Shown here: one piece after another, positions 9,757 through 19,883 of the stretch
Layout: every line of letters starts with the position of its first letter
Position numbering within the stretch: the first letter of the stretch is position 1
DNA from: Pseudobutyrivibrio sp.
Lineage (GTDB): Bacteria; Bacillota; Clostridia; Oscillospirales; Oscillospiraceae
Direction of reading: 5' to 3'
Assembly (NCBI GenBank): GCA_963605115.1
Contig: CAVCTM010000003.1
Span: 1,440-65,439, forward strand
DNA length: 64,000 nucleotides
Translations under genes and position numbers: made by a program
The notes under the pieces: model-generated
Databases searched by the model: none
Told to the model about the DNA's origin: nothing
The model's input: the letters and a program-made list of their open reading frames with translations, nothing else

Positions 9757-11235
9757 ATGGCAATAAAAAGACCCAATGTCGTTGTGATCATGACCGACCA
9801 GCAGCGCGCCGATCTGCGCGCGAGCGAGGGCTTTGCCTGCGACACGATGCCGTTTCTGGACCGTCTTGGGCGGAGCGGAACGGACTTCGGAAACGCCCAC
9901 ACCTCCATGCCAGTTTGCTGCCCTGCGCGCGTCAGCATGTTCACCGGACGCTATCCGAGCGCGCACCATGTGAAGACCAATCATAATCTTCAGGACGCAT
10001 TTTTTACCGAGGATATGCTGGATGTCTTTCGCGGTGCGGGCTATCGCACGGCGCTTTGCGGAAAAAACCACTCCCACCGCGCCTCGGCAGACTTCGACTA
10101 TGCCTATGAACTGATGCATGCGGCGGGTCACCGCGTCGACCGCAGCGCGTCGGAGACGGAACACGCCTTTGACGAGCATCTCGCCGCACTGCGGCAGGGG
10201 ACGGAGATGAGTGCCTCGCCCTATCCCGTAGAATGCCAAGGTCCTTATCGCGCCGTCAGCAGGGCACTTGCATGGGCGGCTGAACCGTCCGAAAAGCCGT
10301 TTTTCCTTTGGCTGAGCTTCGCGGAGCCGCATAGCCCCTATCAGGTCCCGGAGCCCTACTTTTCCATGTTTGATAATGAACTCCCGCCGCCGGTCAGCTC
10401 GAAAGATGACCTTCCGCGCATGGGCTTTAAGTACCGCTGGCTGCGCGGTATGTGGGAGCAGGTCCTCCCGGATCTCGATGCGCAGCTCGTGCGTATGCGG
10501 AAAAACTACTGCGGTATGCTGCGCCTTATAGATGATCAGCTCGCCCGCTTCAGCGAGGGGCTGAAAAGCAGCGGTTTGCTGGACAACACGATCTTTGTCT
10601 ATCTCTCCGACCATGGGGAATTCGCCGGGGAATACGGCCTGATGCGCAAAGGTCCCGGCGTCGGCGAGTTTTTGAGCAGGATCCCGTTGGTTTTTGCCGG
10701 ACCGGGAATTCTGGCGCGCGGAAAGGTCAGAGGCGCAGCCTATGCTTCCATCACGGATGTGCTGCCCACGCTCTGCGAGCTGATCGGCGCACCCATCCCG
10801 CGCGGCGTACAGGGCAGAAGTCTCGCAAAGTTTCTGACGGACCCCGCGCAGGAGCAAACGCCGCGCGACAGCGCGTTTATCGAGCATGGCTTCGGCGGGG
10901 CTTATTATGACGAAAGCGATGCGCTCGATCCGCGCGCGGAGGGGGCTATCGGCAATCCCTATTCGATTTTTGACTGCCTGAACAGCTGGACCCAGTGCGG
11001 TTTCGAGCGCGGCATCCAAAAGGGTGAGTGGAAGCTCACACTCGATATGGAGGGGTCGCTGCGGCTTTATCACCTTCCGACAGACCCGGCGGAGCTCCGG
11101 GATCGGAGCAAGGACCCAGACTGCGCCGCGGCGCGCGCCGAGCTGACGGAGCAGCTCGCACTCTGGCTTATCCGGACCCAGGACCCGCTTCCGCTTCCGC
11201 GCCGCAGGTATGTTTACAAGGAGGAGAACATTTAA
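9757..11235 (+). CDS. Cys-type sulfatase, cytoplasmic (no signal peptide)
   Basis: The N-terminus starts directly with VVIMTDQQRAD. PVCCPARVSMFTG fits the sulfatase signature with a C-x-P-x-R core. Confidence 0.85.
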   Translation: MAIKRPNVVVIMTDQQRADLRASEGFACDTMPFLDRLGRSGTDFGNAHTSMPVCCPARVSMFTGRYPSAHHVKTNHNLQDAFFTEDMLDVFRGAGYRTALCGKNHSHRASADFDYAYELMHAAGHRVDRSASETEHAFDEHLAALRQGTEMSASPYPVECQGPYRAVSRALAWAAEPSEKPFFLWLSFAEPHSPYQVPEPYFSMFDNELPPPVSSKDDLPRMGFKYRWLRGMWEQVLPDLDAQLVRMRKNYCGMLRLIDDQLARFSEGLKSSGLLDNTIFVYLSDHGEFAGEYGLMRKGPGVGEFLSRIPLVFAGPGILARGKVRGAAYASITDVLPTLCELIGAPIPRGVQGRSLAKFLTDPAQEQTPRDSAFIEHGFGGAYYDESDALDPRAEGAIGNPYSIFDCLNSWTQCGFERGIQKGEWKLTLDMEGSLRLYHLPTDPAELRDRSKDPDCAAARAELTEQLALWLIRTQDPLPLPRRRYVYKEENI

Positions 11236-11238
11236 TCT

Positions 11239-12669
11239 ATGAGCAGGATCATCTATAATCCCTATCTTCCGATGGACGAATGCGTTCCCGATGCCGAACC
11301 CCACGTTTTTGGCGGCAGGGTCTACGTCTACGGCTCCCATGACCGCATAGACGGGCATGATTACTGCCTTGAGGACTATGTATGCTGGTCCGCGCCGGAG
11401 GACGATCCCTCGGACTGGCGGTATGAGGGCGTTATTTACCGGCGGACACAGGACCCGACAAATCCGGCGGGCGACCGCTATATGCAGGCGCCGGACGTCA
11501 CGCAGGGACCGGACGGGCGCTTTTATCTCTATTACGTTCTCTCGGTGCCGCTCTGGAGCGAGCTCCAGATCTGCGTCGCGGTCTGCGACGAACCTGCGGG
11601 GCAATATGAATATCTCGGCGTCGTTTCCCATCCGGACGGCAGGAAGCTGGACACGCCGCTGCCCTTTGACCCCGCCGTTCTGACGGATGACGACGGCAGG
11701 GTGTATCTCTATTTCGGCTTCGCTCCCCATTTTCCCATGCGCGATCAGCCGATCCCGGAGACGCTGGGCGCTTACTGCGTGGAGCTGGAGCCGGATATGC
11801 TGACGCTGCGGGGCGAGTGCGTGAACATTCTGCCCGATTTTACCCACGCGGCAGGCACGGAGTATGAGGCGCACCCGTTTTTTGAGGCGGCGTCCATCCG
11901 GAAGATCGACGGGCACTATTATTTCGTCTACTGCTCGCGCGCGATGCATGAGCTCTGCTATGCCGTCAGCGACCGCCCGGACCGGGGCTTCCGCTTCGGC
12001 GGCGTGATCATCTCCAACGCGGATATCGGGTATCAGGGGCGCAGCACAGCGCATGCGCGCAATCAGGTCGCCAACATCCATGGCGGCATGGTGCGCTTCG
12101 GCGCGCAATGGTACATCTCCTACCATCGCCACACCCATGGCCGTCAGTTTTCCCGTCAGGGCTGCATGGAGCCGATCACGATCGCGCTGGACGGGTCGAT
12201 CGCGCAGGTGGAGTGTACAAGCTTCGGACTGAGCGGCGGCTGCGCGCCGGCGCGCGGGACGGTCCCCGCATGGTGCGCCTGCAATCTTTACAAAGGGGAC
12301 GGCGGCAGCTTCATTCCTTTCGGCGGAAACGGAGAGCGGACGGTCCGGGCGCCCTTTGTCACGGCTGAGGATGGCGGTATTGTGACAAATATCACGGATA
12401 CATCCGTCATCGGCTGGCGCTATCTGCTTTTTGACGGCAATGAGAGCCTGCTGATGCTTACCGCCCGCGGCAGCTGCCGCGGAACGCTGAGGGTGTTTTT
12501 GGACGACAGCGACGGCGAGCCCGTCGGCAGTGTTTCTCTCGCGCTCGACGATCCGACGCGGTGGCACTGCATTCAGCTTCCGATCTATGCCATGCAGGGC
12601 AGGCATCCGCTGCGCCTTCGCTTTGATGGCGGTGGCAGCTGGGAGCTGCGCGAAGCCGCGATCCGGTGA
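11239..12669 (+). CDS. glycoside hydrolase family 43-like enzyme
   Basis: NPYLP..VPDAEPHVFGGRVYVYGSHD N-terminus as remembered for GH43 propeller enzymes. No signal peptide. Extra C-terminal beta-rich domain. Confidence 0.65.
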   Translation: MSRIIYNPYLPMDECVPDAEPHVFGGRVYVYGSHDRIDGHDYCLEDYVCWSAPEDDPSDWRYEGVIYRRTQDPTNPAGDRYMQAPDVTQGPDGRFYLYYVLSVPLWSELQICVAVCDEPAGQYEYLGVVSHPDGRKLDTPLPFDPAVLTDDDGRVYLYFGFAPHFPMRDQPIPETLGAYCVELEPDMLTLRGECVNILPDFTHAAGTEYEAHPFFEAASIRKIDGHYYFVYCSRAMHELCYAVSDRPDRGFRFGGVIISNADIGYQGRSTAHARNQVANIHGGMVRFGAQWYISYHRHTHGRQFSRQGCMEPITIALDGSIAQVECTSFGLSGGCAPARGTVPAWCACNLYKGDGGSFIPFGGNGERTVRAPFVTAEDGGIVTNITDTSVIGWRYLLFDGNESLLMLTARGSCRGTLRVFLDDSDGEPVGSVSLALDDPTRWHCIQLPIYAMQGRHPLRLRFDGGGSWELREAAIR

Positions 12670-12681
12670 GCGCGGCAGAAT

Positions 12682-12741
12682 AAAAAACCCGCCGGCTGCC
12701 CCTTCGAGCTTGAGGGGGCAGCGGCGGGACTTGTTTGTTTT
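12682..12741. terminator. bidirectional terminator between convergent GH43 and anSME genes
   Basis: About 14-bp GC stem CCCGCCGGCTGCCCC/GGGGCAGCGGCGGG, flanked by AAAAAA upstream and TTGTTTGTTTTT downstream. Confidence 0.7.
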
Positions 12742-13860
12742 TCAGCGGCGGCGCTCCGCGGCGGCGGCAAGCCGCTCAAGGCGCGGCATCGCATACTCAA
12801 AAAAGCTGCGGTAAGCGCTGCAAAGATAGTTCCGTCCGAGCGTGCCGTCCGGAGCCTCCCGGTCGCGGCGGCAACCGCCGCGGCAGATCGGGTACCATCT
12901 GCATGCGCGGCAATCCGCGCAGACGGCGCAGGAGGATTCGATAAAGCCAAGCTCAAGGCGGCGGCGCGCGAGGTCCTCAAAGCTGTCTGTCCGCAGATTG
13001 CCGAGACGCCAGCGGTCCAGCGCGTAAAAATCACATGGGTAGACGCTGCCGTCAGCCTCGACAACGTGCTGCTCGGTGCAGCGTCCCAACATACCGCAGC
13101 TCTCCGGCGGCTCAAGCAGCAGCATGCCGACGAGATTTTCAAAATAACGGTTATGGACAGGCTCGCCGTGCGCAAGATCGTCGTACCAGCAGTCAAAGAG
13201 CTCCCTGAGAAATTTCGCGTACCGTCCCGGCGTCAGGGAGTAATCCTCGCCGCCGCGCGTCGTACCGAGCGGGTCGATGCAGGCAATATATTGCTGATGG
13301 TCCAGTCCATGCTCCCGGAAAAAACGGTAGACCTCGCGGGCGTGCTCCGCCGTCCGGCGGGTCACGACGGTGAGCGTGTTGAACTCCGCACCGGCGCTGC
13401 GCAGGAGGGCGATGCGCTCCATCACGGCGTCAAAGGTGCCGCGTCCGTCCGGACCTATGCGGTATCCGTCGTGGAGCTCGCGCGGACCGTCCAGCGAGAT
13501 GCCGACGAGAAAGTGCTGCTCCGCGAGAAAACCAGCCCAAGCCTCATCCAGCAGGAGACCGTTTGTCTGGATCGCGAAGCTGAGCGGCAGAGCGCGCACA
13601 TTGCAGCGCGAGGCAAGCGCGGCTGCATGCCGGAAAAAATCCAGCCCCGCGAGTGTCGGCTCTCCGCCCTGAAAAGCGATGGAGACGGGACCGTCGGCGT
13701 AAGCAAAGGTCTTACGTATCACGGTCTCCAGTGTTTCCGCTGTCATAAGACCGAAGGACGGCGTTTCGCGGCAGCGCATCTCGTCGGCATAAAAACAGTA
13801 GCGGCATCGGAGCTGGCAAAGACCGGAGGCGGGCTTGATCAAAAGCGAAACGGCAGGCAA
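12742..13860 (-). CDS. anaerobic sulfatase-maturating enzyme (radical SAM/SPASM)
   Basis: CQLRCRYCFY (CxxxCxxC) near the N-terminus and C-terminal Cys clusters (CAVCADCRACRWYPICRGGC). Sits between two Cys-type sulfatase genes. Confidence 0.85.
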   Translation of the reverse strand: MPAVSLLIKPASGLCQLRCRYCFYADEMRCRETPSFGLMTAETLETVIRKTFAYADGPVSIAFQGGEPTLAGLDFFRHAAALASRCNVRALPLSFAIQTNGLLLDEAWAGFLAEQHFLVGISLDGPRELHDGYRIGPDGRGTFDAVMERIALLRSAGAEFNTLTVVTRRTAEHAREVYRFFREHGLDHQQYIACIDPLGTTRGGEDYSLTPGRYAKFLRELFDCWYDDLAHGEPVHNRYFENLVGMLLLEPPESCGMLGRCTEQHVVEADGSVYPCDFYALDRWRLGNLRTDSFEDLARRRLELGFIESSCAVCADCRACRWYPICRGGCRRDREAPDGTLGRNYLCSAYRSFFEYAMPRLERLAAAAERRR

Positions 13861-13958
13861 GAGAGTCCCTCCCCATTCAAGGTTTTTCTGTGTCCATTAT
13901 ATTTCTTTCGCCGGAAAAAGCAAGAACGTTTTCCGGCGAGACAGAGAAGGAGAAAAAG

Positions 13959-15443
13959 ATGAAAGCGATCATGGTGATGTTCGATTCCCTGCGGCGCGGT
14001 CTTCTGCCCTGCTATGGTGCGGAGGGACCGGAGCTGCCGAACTTCCGCCGCCTTGCGGAGCGGACGGCTGTTTTTGACAATGCCTATGTCTGTTCGCTGC
14101 CCTGCATGCCGGCGCGTAAGGAGCTCCACACCGGAAGACCGAATCTGCTCCACCGTTCGTGGGGTCCCATCGAGCCGTTTGAGGACTCCATGCCCGAACT
14201 CCTGCGTCGTGCAGGGGTCTACACCCACCTCGTTACTGACCATTTTCACTATCTTCAGGACGGCGGCGCGACCTACCATGAGCGGTATTCTTCGTGGGAG
14301 TGCTTCCGCGGGCAGGAAAACGACAAATGGGCTGTGCCCGCAATGCCGGAGGACGAAGAGACGGAAGTACATGTTTTCGGAACGGCGCAGATGGCGCCGC
14401 CGTTCCGAAAAACGCGCTTTGCCGCCGCACGCCAGAACGACGCCAACCGCGCCCGCCGCGCGGGGGAGGATGATTACCCGCAGAACCGCACTTTTGAAGC
14501 CGGTCTTGATTTCATTGAGCGCAGTGCGGAGCGGGACAACTGGTTCCTCCAGATCGAGACCTTTGATCCCCACGAGCCCTTCGACGCGCCCCGGAGCTTT
14601 GACCCGGACAGCGGATCGGGTCCCGACTGGCCGCCTTATGCGCCCGTCCGGGAGCCGGCGGAGACGGTGGAGCGCGTGCGGGATAAATACGCTGCGATGC
14701 TGCGCTTCTGCGATCGGAATCTTGGACGCATCCTCGACGCGATGGACCGGCATGACCTCTGGAAGGACACCATGCTGATCGGCAACACGGACCATGGCTT
14801 TTTCCTCGGCGAACATGCTTGGTGGGGAAAAGGTCCAATGCCGGACTATCAGGAGCTCGTTCATGTCCCGCTCTTTCTCTGGGACCCGCGCTGCGGGGCG
14901 CGGGGCGTTCGGCGGAGCGCATTGGTCCAGACGATCGATCTTGCACCGACGCTTCTGGAGTTTTTCGGTCAGCCGATCCCGCCGGATATGACGGGAAGGA
15001 CGCTTGCAGCCGCCGTATCCGGCGATGCGCCGCTGCGCGAATATGCGCTGATGGGCTATTTCGGCTGCCCGCTCACGATCACGGACGGACGGTATCTGCT
15101 CATGCGGGCGGTAACGGATCCTGCACTGCCGGTTTATGAATACACACTGATGCCGACACATATGAACGCGCTGTTTTCCGTGGACGTGCTTCGTCGTGCG
15201 CAGCTCGCAGCGCCGTTCTCCTTTACGAAGGGCTGCCCTCTGCTGCGCATCCCTGCGGAGCGGATCTATCACGAGCGGAAGCTTACCGGGGACCTGCTCT
15301 TCGATCTGGCGTGCGATCCGGAACAGCGGGAGCCGCTCGACCTGCCTGACGTCCGGGACCGCCTGCTTGCTGCCATGAAGGTGGAGTTTGACAGGCTCGA
15401 TGCGCCGCCGGAGCAATATGCGCGCTACGGTCTGCACCTTTGA
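13959..15443 (+). CDS. sulfatase-family enzyme, divergent signature, cytoplasmic
   Basis: Starts MKAIMVMFDSLRRG with no signal peptide. LPCMPARKELHTG keeps the C-x-P-x-R core but deviates elsewhere from the classical signature. Confidence 0.75.
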   Translation: MKAIMVMFDSLRRGLLPCYGAEGPELPNFRRLAERTAVFDNAYVCSLPCMPARKELHTGRPNLLHRSWGPIEPFEDSMPELLRRAGVYTHLVTDHFHYLQDGGATYHERYSSWECFRGQENDKWAVPAMPEDEETEVHVFGTAQMAPPFRKTRFAAARQNDANRARRAGEDDYPQNRTFEAGLDFIERSAERDNWFLQIETFDPHEPFDAPRSFDPDSGSGPDWPPYAPVREPAETVERVRDKYAAMLRFCDRNLGRILDAMDRHDLWKDTMLIGNTDHGFFLGEHAWWGKGPMPDYQELVHVPLFLWDPRCGARGVRRSALVQTIDLAPTLLEFFGQPIPPDMTGRTLAAAVSGDAPLREYALMGYFGCPLTITDGRYLLMRAVTDPALPVYEYTLMPTHMNALFSVDVLRRAQLAAPFSFTKGCPLLRIPAERIYHERKLTGDLLFDLACDPEQREPLDLPDVRDRLLAAMKVEFDRLDAPPEQYARYGLHL

Positions 15444-15451
15444 GGCAAAAA

Positions 15452-16243
15452 ATGGAATCACTGATTTTCTTTGCTGTAAGTCTTTTCGCAAGTCTGATCG
15501 GTGCGCTCTGCGGAATTGGCGGCGGCGTCATCATCAAGCCTGTGCTCGACCTGCTCGCGCTGGAGAGCGCCGCCGCGATCAGCTTTCTTTCGGGCTGTAC
15601 GGTGCTTGCGATGAGCTGTTATTCCGTGCTCCACGCGTTCTTCACCGGAAGCGGGAGCGTGGATACAAGGCGCGGAACGCCGCTGGCGCTTGGCGCGGCG
15701 CTGGGCGGTCTGGCAGGAAACCGCCTGTTCGCGGCGGTGCAGGCGCTTGCCGCCGGACCGGAAACGGTCGGTGCGGTCCAGTCGCTCTGCCTTGCTGCCG
15801 TGACTGCGGGCGCGCTTGTGTGTACGCTCCTGCGCTGCCGTGTCAGGCTGCGCTGCGGCATCACCTGGGCACTCTGTGCGGCGGTCGGTCTCTTCCTCGG
15901 TATGATATCGAGCTTTCTGGGCATCGGCGGCGGTCCGATCAATTTGGCGGTGCTGTATCTGCTGTTCGGCATGAACGCCAAGGCTGCGGTGGCGAACAGC
16001 CTCTACATTATCCTGTTCGGGCAGGCGGCAAATCTTGCCGCATCGCTGCTGACCGGGAGCGTTCCACCCTTTCGCTGGGAAACGCTCTGCCTGATGGCTG
16101 CCGGAGGCATCGGCGGCGGTGTGATCGGACGCATGCTGGACCGCCGGCTGAGCGGGCGCAGCATCGAGGTGCTCTATCTTGTCTTGATGGTCGTGCTGAT
16201 CGCGGTCAGTATCTGGAATTTTCTGCGCAGTGTGTTGTTTTGA
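15452..16243 (+). CDS. TauE/SafE (TSUP) family anion exporter
   Basis: Polytopic protein with two GIGGG motifs (CGIGGGVIIKP, LGIGGGPINL). ATG 15452 lies 6 nt after GAGG; TTG 15440 is an alternative start. Confidence 0.7.
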   Translation: MESLIFFAVSLFASLIGALCGIGGGVIIKPVLDLLALESAAAISFLSGCTVLAMSCYSVLHAFFTGSGSVDTRRGTPLALGAALGGLAGNRLFAAVQALAAGPETVGAVQSLCLAAVTAGALVCTLLRCRVRLRCGITWALCAAVGLFLGMISSFLGIGGGPINLAVLYLLFGMNAKAAVANSLYIILFGQAANLAASLLTGSVPPFRWETLCLMAAGGIGGGVIGRMLDRRLSGRSIEVLYLVLMVVLIAVSIWNFLRSVLF

Positions 16244-16259
16244 GAGGAGCGTTCTGATT

Positions 16260-17756
16260 ATGAGTCTTTTTATCGGCATTGATCTTGGCACCTCGGCGGC
16301 GAAGCTGCTGCTGACGGATGAGAGGGGCGTGGTCCGGAATATCGTCACGCGGGAATACCCCCTGCTCTTTCCGCACGACGGCTGGAGCGAGCAGGACCCG
16401 GCGGAGTGGCGGCGCGCCGTGTGGTCCGGGATCCCGGAGCTCCTGCGCGGTTTTGACGCATCCGAGGTCGCCGCCATCGGCGCGGCAGGTCAGATGCACG
16501 GCCTTGTGACGCTCGACGGGCAGGACCGCGTCCTTCGCCCGGCGATCCTGTGGAACGACGGCAGAACGGCGGAGCAGACCGCGTGGCTGAACGACACGGT
16601 CGGACGCGCGGCGCTGCTCGCACGCACCGGAAACATCGCCTTCGCCGGCTTCACCGCGCCGAAGCTGCTCTGGATGCGGAAGCACGAGCCGGAGCGTTTC
16701 GCGCGGATCGAAAAAATCATGCTGCCAAAGGATTATGTAAACTATTGTCTGACCGGCGTACACGCCAGTGATTTCTCAGATGCCTCCGGAACGCTGCTTC
16801 TTGACGTGGAGCATCGCCGCTGGAGTCCGGAGATGCTTGAACTCTGCGGTGTTTCCCTGCGGCAGATGCCGCGCCTTTGCGAGAGCTGGGAGGTGATCGG
16901 CACGCTGCTGCCCGGCGCTGCGGCGGAGCTTGGTCTTCCGCAGAGCGTGCACGTTGTGGCGGGCGCGGGGGACAACGCTGCGGCGGCGGTCGGCACCGGG
17001 ACTGTGGGGGATGGCGGCTGCACGATCAGCCTTGGCACCTCCGGGACCATCTTCGTTTCCGCTGCTGCGTTCCGTGCCGACCATGCGGGCGCGCTGCATG
17101 CGTTCGCACACGCGGACGGCGGCTGGCACCTGATGGGCTGCATGCTCTCCGCGGCAAGCTGTTATCAATGGCTTTGCCGGAACATCCTCCGCACGGACGA
17201 CTGTACCGGCGAGGAGGCGGCGGTCCGACCGGAGGATCTCGGAAGAAACCGGGTATTTTTCCTTCCGTACCTCATGGGTGAGCGGAGCCCGATCAACGAC
17301 ACCGCCGCGCGCGGCACGTTTATCGGCATGACGCTCGACACGGCGCGCGCCGATCTTGTGCAGGCGGTGCTGGAGGGCGTCGCTTTTGCGATGCGTGACA
17401 GCTGCGAGATCGCGCTCGGACAGGGCGTCACGATCGGCTCCGCTGTTCTCTGCGGCGGAGGGAGTCGGTCCGCGCTCTGGCGCAGGATCTTTGCAAACGT
17501 GCTCGGAATCCCGATCCTGCTCCCGAAAACGGAGCAGGGACCCGGCTTCGGGGCGGCAATGCTCGCCATGGTCGGCTGCGGCGTTTACCCGGACGTCCGT
17601 TCTGCCGCCGGCGCGCTGGTCTCCGTGAAACCTGCCGCCATGCCGGAGCCGGAGCTGACGGCGCGCTATGAGGCGGCTTATCGCCGCTTCCGGCTGATCT
17701 ACCCCGCCTGCCGCACGCTTTTTCCGCGGCTGGCATTTGAGGAGGAGAAAAAATGA
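16260..17756 (+). CDS. xylB: xylulokinase (FGGY family)
   Basis: MSLFIGIDLGTSAAK, GQMHGLV and WNDGR motifs with FGGY N- and C-domains. About 498 aa. Confidence 0.8.
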   Translation: MSLFIGIDLGTSAAKLLLTDERGVVRNIVTREYPLLFPHDGWSEQDPAEWRRAVWSGIPELLRGFDASEVAAIGAAGQMHGLVTLDGQDRVLRPAILWNDGRTAEQTAWLNDTVGRAALLARTGNIAFAGFTAPKLLWMRKHEPERFARIEKIMLPKDYVNYCLTGVHASDFSDASGTLLLDVEHRRWSPEMLELCGVSLRQMPRLCESWEVIGTLLPGAAAELGLPQSVHVVAGAGDNAAAAVGTGTVGDGGCTISLGTSGTIFVSAAAFRADHAGALHAFAHADGGWHLMGCMLSAASCYQWLCRNILRTDDCTGEEAAVRPEDLGRNRVFFLPYLMGERSPINDTAARGTFIGMTLDTARADLVQAVLEGVAFAMRDSCEIALGQGVTIGSAVLCGGGSRSALWRRIFANVLGIPILLPKTEQGPGFGAAMLAMVGCGVYPDVRSAAGALVSVKPAAMPEPELTARYEAAYRRFRLIYPACRTLFPRLAFEEEKK

Positions 17757-18391
17757 AACTTTATTCGGTGCTTGACCCCGAATTTTCGGCTTACGGTCAG
17801 ATCGTCTCCGGTATGGAGGGAGCGGCGTCGGCGCTTGCGGACACGCTGCGGGGCTTGCCGCTTCCGGAGGGCGTGGAGTATGTTCCGGAGGATCCGCGTC
17901 TTCAGGATCATCCTGCCGCGGCGCAGCTTATGGAGCGCTGCTTCGGCGGACTTCCGGTCCAGCTTGGGCACTGCTGCGGTCACAACACGCGGCTGAACTG
18001 TCTGGAATATCACCGGAACTCGGAGTTCAATCTCGGTGCGGAGGACTTTATTCTCCTGCTCGCGCGGCGGGAGGAATTGGAAAACGGTATGCTGGATACC
18101 GCGCGTGTCCGTGCCTTCCGTGTTCCCGCCGGCGTTCTGGTCGAGCTCTATGCAACAACGCTGCACTATGCCCCCTGCGAGAGCGCGCCGCGGCGCGGCT
18201 TCCGTGTTCTCGTTGCGCTTCCGCGCGGAACAAATCTTCCGGCGCCGGCGCCGGAGCCGAAAACACCGGAGGACCGCTTCCGGACCGCCTGCAACAAGTG
18301 GCTGCTCGCCCATCCGGATTCTGACGAGGTGCACGGCGGCGCCGCCGTTGGGCTCGTGGGTGAGAATATCGATATCAAAGATCTATTCTGA
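17753..18391 (+). CDS. DUF4867-like protein
   Basis: 212-aa soluble protein. ATG overlaps the xylB stop (ATGA). The family call is from memory of similar proteins found next to FucI-like isomerases. Confidence 0.45.
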   Translation: MKLYSVLDPEFSAYGQIVSGMEGAASALADTLRGLPLPEGVEYVPEDPRLQDHPAAAQLMERCFGGLPVQLGHCCGHNTRLNCLEYHRNSEFNLGAEDFILLLARREELENGMLDTARVRAFRVPAGVLVELYATTLHYAPCESAPRRGFRVLVALPRGTNLPAPAPEPKTPEDRFRTACNKWLLAHPDSDEVHGGAAVGLVGENIDIKDLF

Positions 18392-18409
18392 ATCAAAGGA
18401 GGACATCCT

Positions 18410-19882
18410 ATGAACATCCCGGAAATCAGGCTCGGTCTCGTCGCGGTCTCCCGCGACTGTTTCCCCATCGCGCTCTCCGAGCGCCGGAGAAGCGCGGTCG
18501 CGGCGGCGTATGGACCCGGTCTTTATGTCTGTCCGGTCACGGTGGAAAATGAGTGCGATGCGCTTCGTGCGCTGGACGATCTGCACGCCGCCGGCTGCAA
18601 TGCGCTTGCCGTTCTGCTCGGCAATTTCGGACCGGAAACACCGGAGACTCTGCTCGCTCAGCGCTTTGACGGACCTGTGCTTTACGCTGCCACCGCGGAA
18701 GGGGACGGCAATCTCATCGACGACCGCGGCGATGCTTACTGCGGTCTGCTCAACTGCTCCTATAATCTCGGACTTCGCCGCCTGCGCGCATTTATCCCCG
18801 AACAACCGGTCGGGACCGCCGCGGAGATCGCGGAGATGCTCCGCCGTTTTATTCCCGCGGCGCGTGCCGTCGTGGGGCTCAAAAGGCTGAAGATCATCTC
18901 CTTCGGTCCGCGGCCGCAGGACTTTTTCGCCTGCAATGCACCGATCCGCGGCCTTTACGAGCTGGGCGTGGAGATCGAGGAAAACTCCGAGCTTGACCTT
19001 CTTACTTCTTACCGTGCCCACGCGGATGACCCGCGCATTCCGGATGTCGCCGCCGACATGGAGGCGGAGATGGGGGAGGGACGGTTTTATCCAGACCTCT
19101 GCACGCGCATGGCGCAGTATGAGCTGACGCTGCTGGACTGGGCGGAGACCCACCGAGGCGCACGGGACTACATTGCGTTTGCAAACAAATGCTGGCCTGC
19201 ATTTCCGGAGGCGTTTGGTTTTGAACCGTGTTATGTAAACTCAAGACTTGCTGCCCGCGGGATCCCCGTCGCCTGCGAGGTGGATATTTACGGCGCGCTG
19301 AGTGAATATATCGGCGCGTGCATAACCGGCGACGCCGTTACGCTGCTCGATATCAACAATACGGTCCCGGAGACGCTGTACCGGGAGGACATCGCCGGGA
19401 AATACCCTTATGCGCTCAGCGACACGTTTATGGCGTTCCACTGCGGCAATACGCCGAGCTGCAAGCTCTGCGACACGCGCGCCGTGAAATATCAGCTCAT
19501 CCAGCACCGCCTGCTCGAACCGAAGGGCAGCGACCCGGACTTCACCCGCGGCACGCTTGAGGGCGACATCGCCGCCTCCGACGTGACGATCTTCCGTCTT
19601 CAGTGCGACAGCGAGGGCGTCCTGCGCGCCTACGCCGCCGAGGGCGAGATCCTGCCGGTGGCGACGCGGTCCTTCGGCGGGATCGGCGTTTTTGCCGTTC
19701 CGGAGATGGGGCGTTTTTACCGCCACGTGCTCATTGAAAAGCGTTTTCCTCACCATGGCGCGGTCGCATTCGCTCATTGCGGACAGGCGATCTTTGACCT
19801 GCTCCGTTATCTTGGGATCGGCGACGTGTCCTATAACCGACCGAAGGGAGCGCTCTATCCCTCGGAAAACCCGTTTGCATAA
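18410..19882 (+). CDS. L-fucose/L-arabinose isomerase family protein
   Basis: 490 aa. The N-terminus IRLGLVAVSRDCFP and the overall layout resemble FucI-related isomerases. AGGAGG RBS. Confidence 0.65.
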   Translation: MNIPEIRLGLVAVSRDCFPIALSERRRSAVAAAYGPGLYVCPVTVENECDALRALDDLHAAGCNALAVLLGNFGPETPETLLAQRFDGPVLYAATAEGDGNLIDDRGDAYCGLLNCSYNLGLRRLRAFIPEQPVGTAAEIAEMLRRFIPAARAVVGLKRLKIISFGPRPQDFFACNAPIRGLYELGVEIEENSELDLLTSYRAHADDPRIPDVAADMEAEMGEGRFYPDLCTRMAQYELTLLDWAETHRGARDYIAFANKCWPAFPEAFGFEPCYVNSRLAARGIPVACEVDIYGALSEYIGACITGDAVTLLDINNTVPETLYREDIAGKYPYALSDTFMAFHCGNTPSCKLCDTRAVKYQLIQHRLLEPKGSDPDFTRGTLEGDIAASDVTIFRLQCDSEGVLRAYAAEGEILPVATRSFGGIGVFAVPEMGRFYRHVLIEKRFPHHGAVAFAHCGQAIFDLLRYLGIGDVSYNRPKGALYPSENPFA

Positions 19883-19883
19883 G

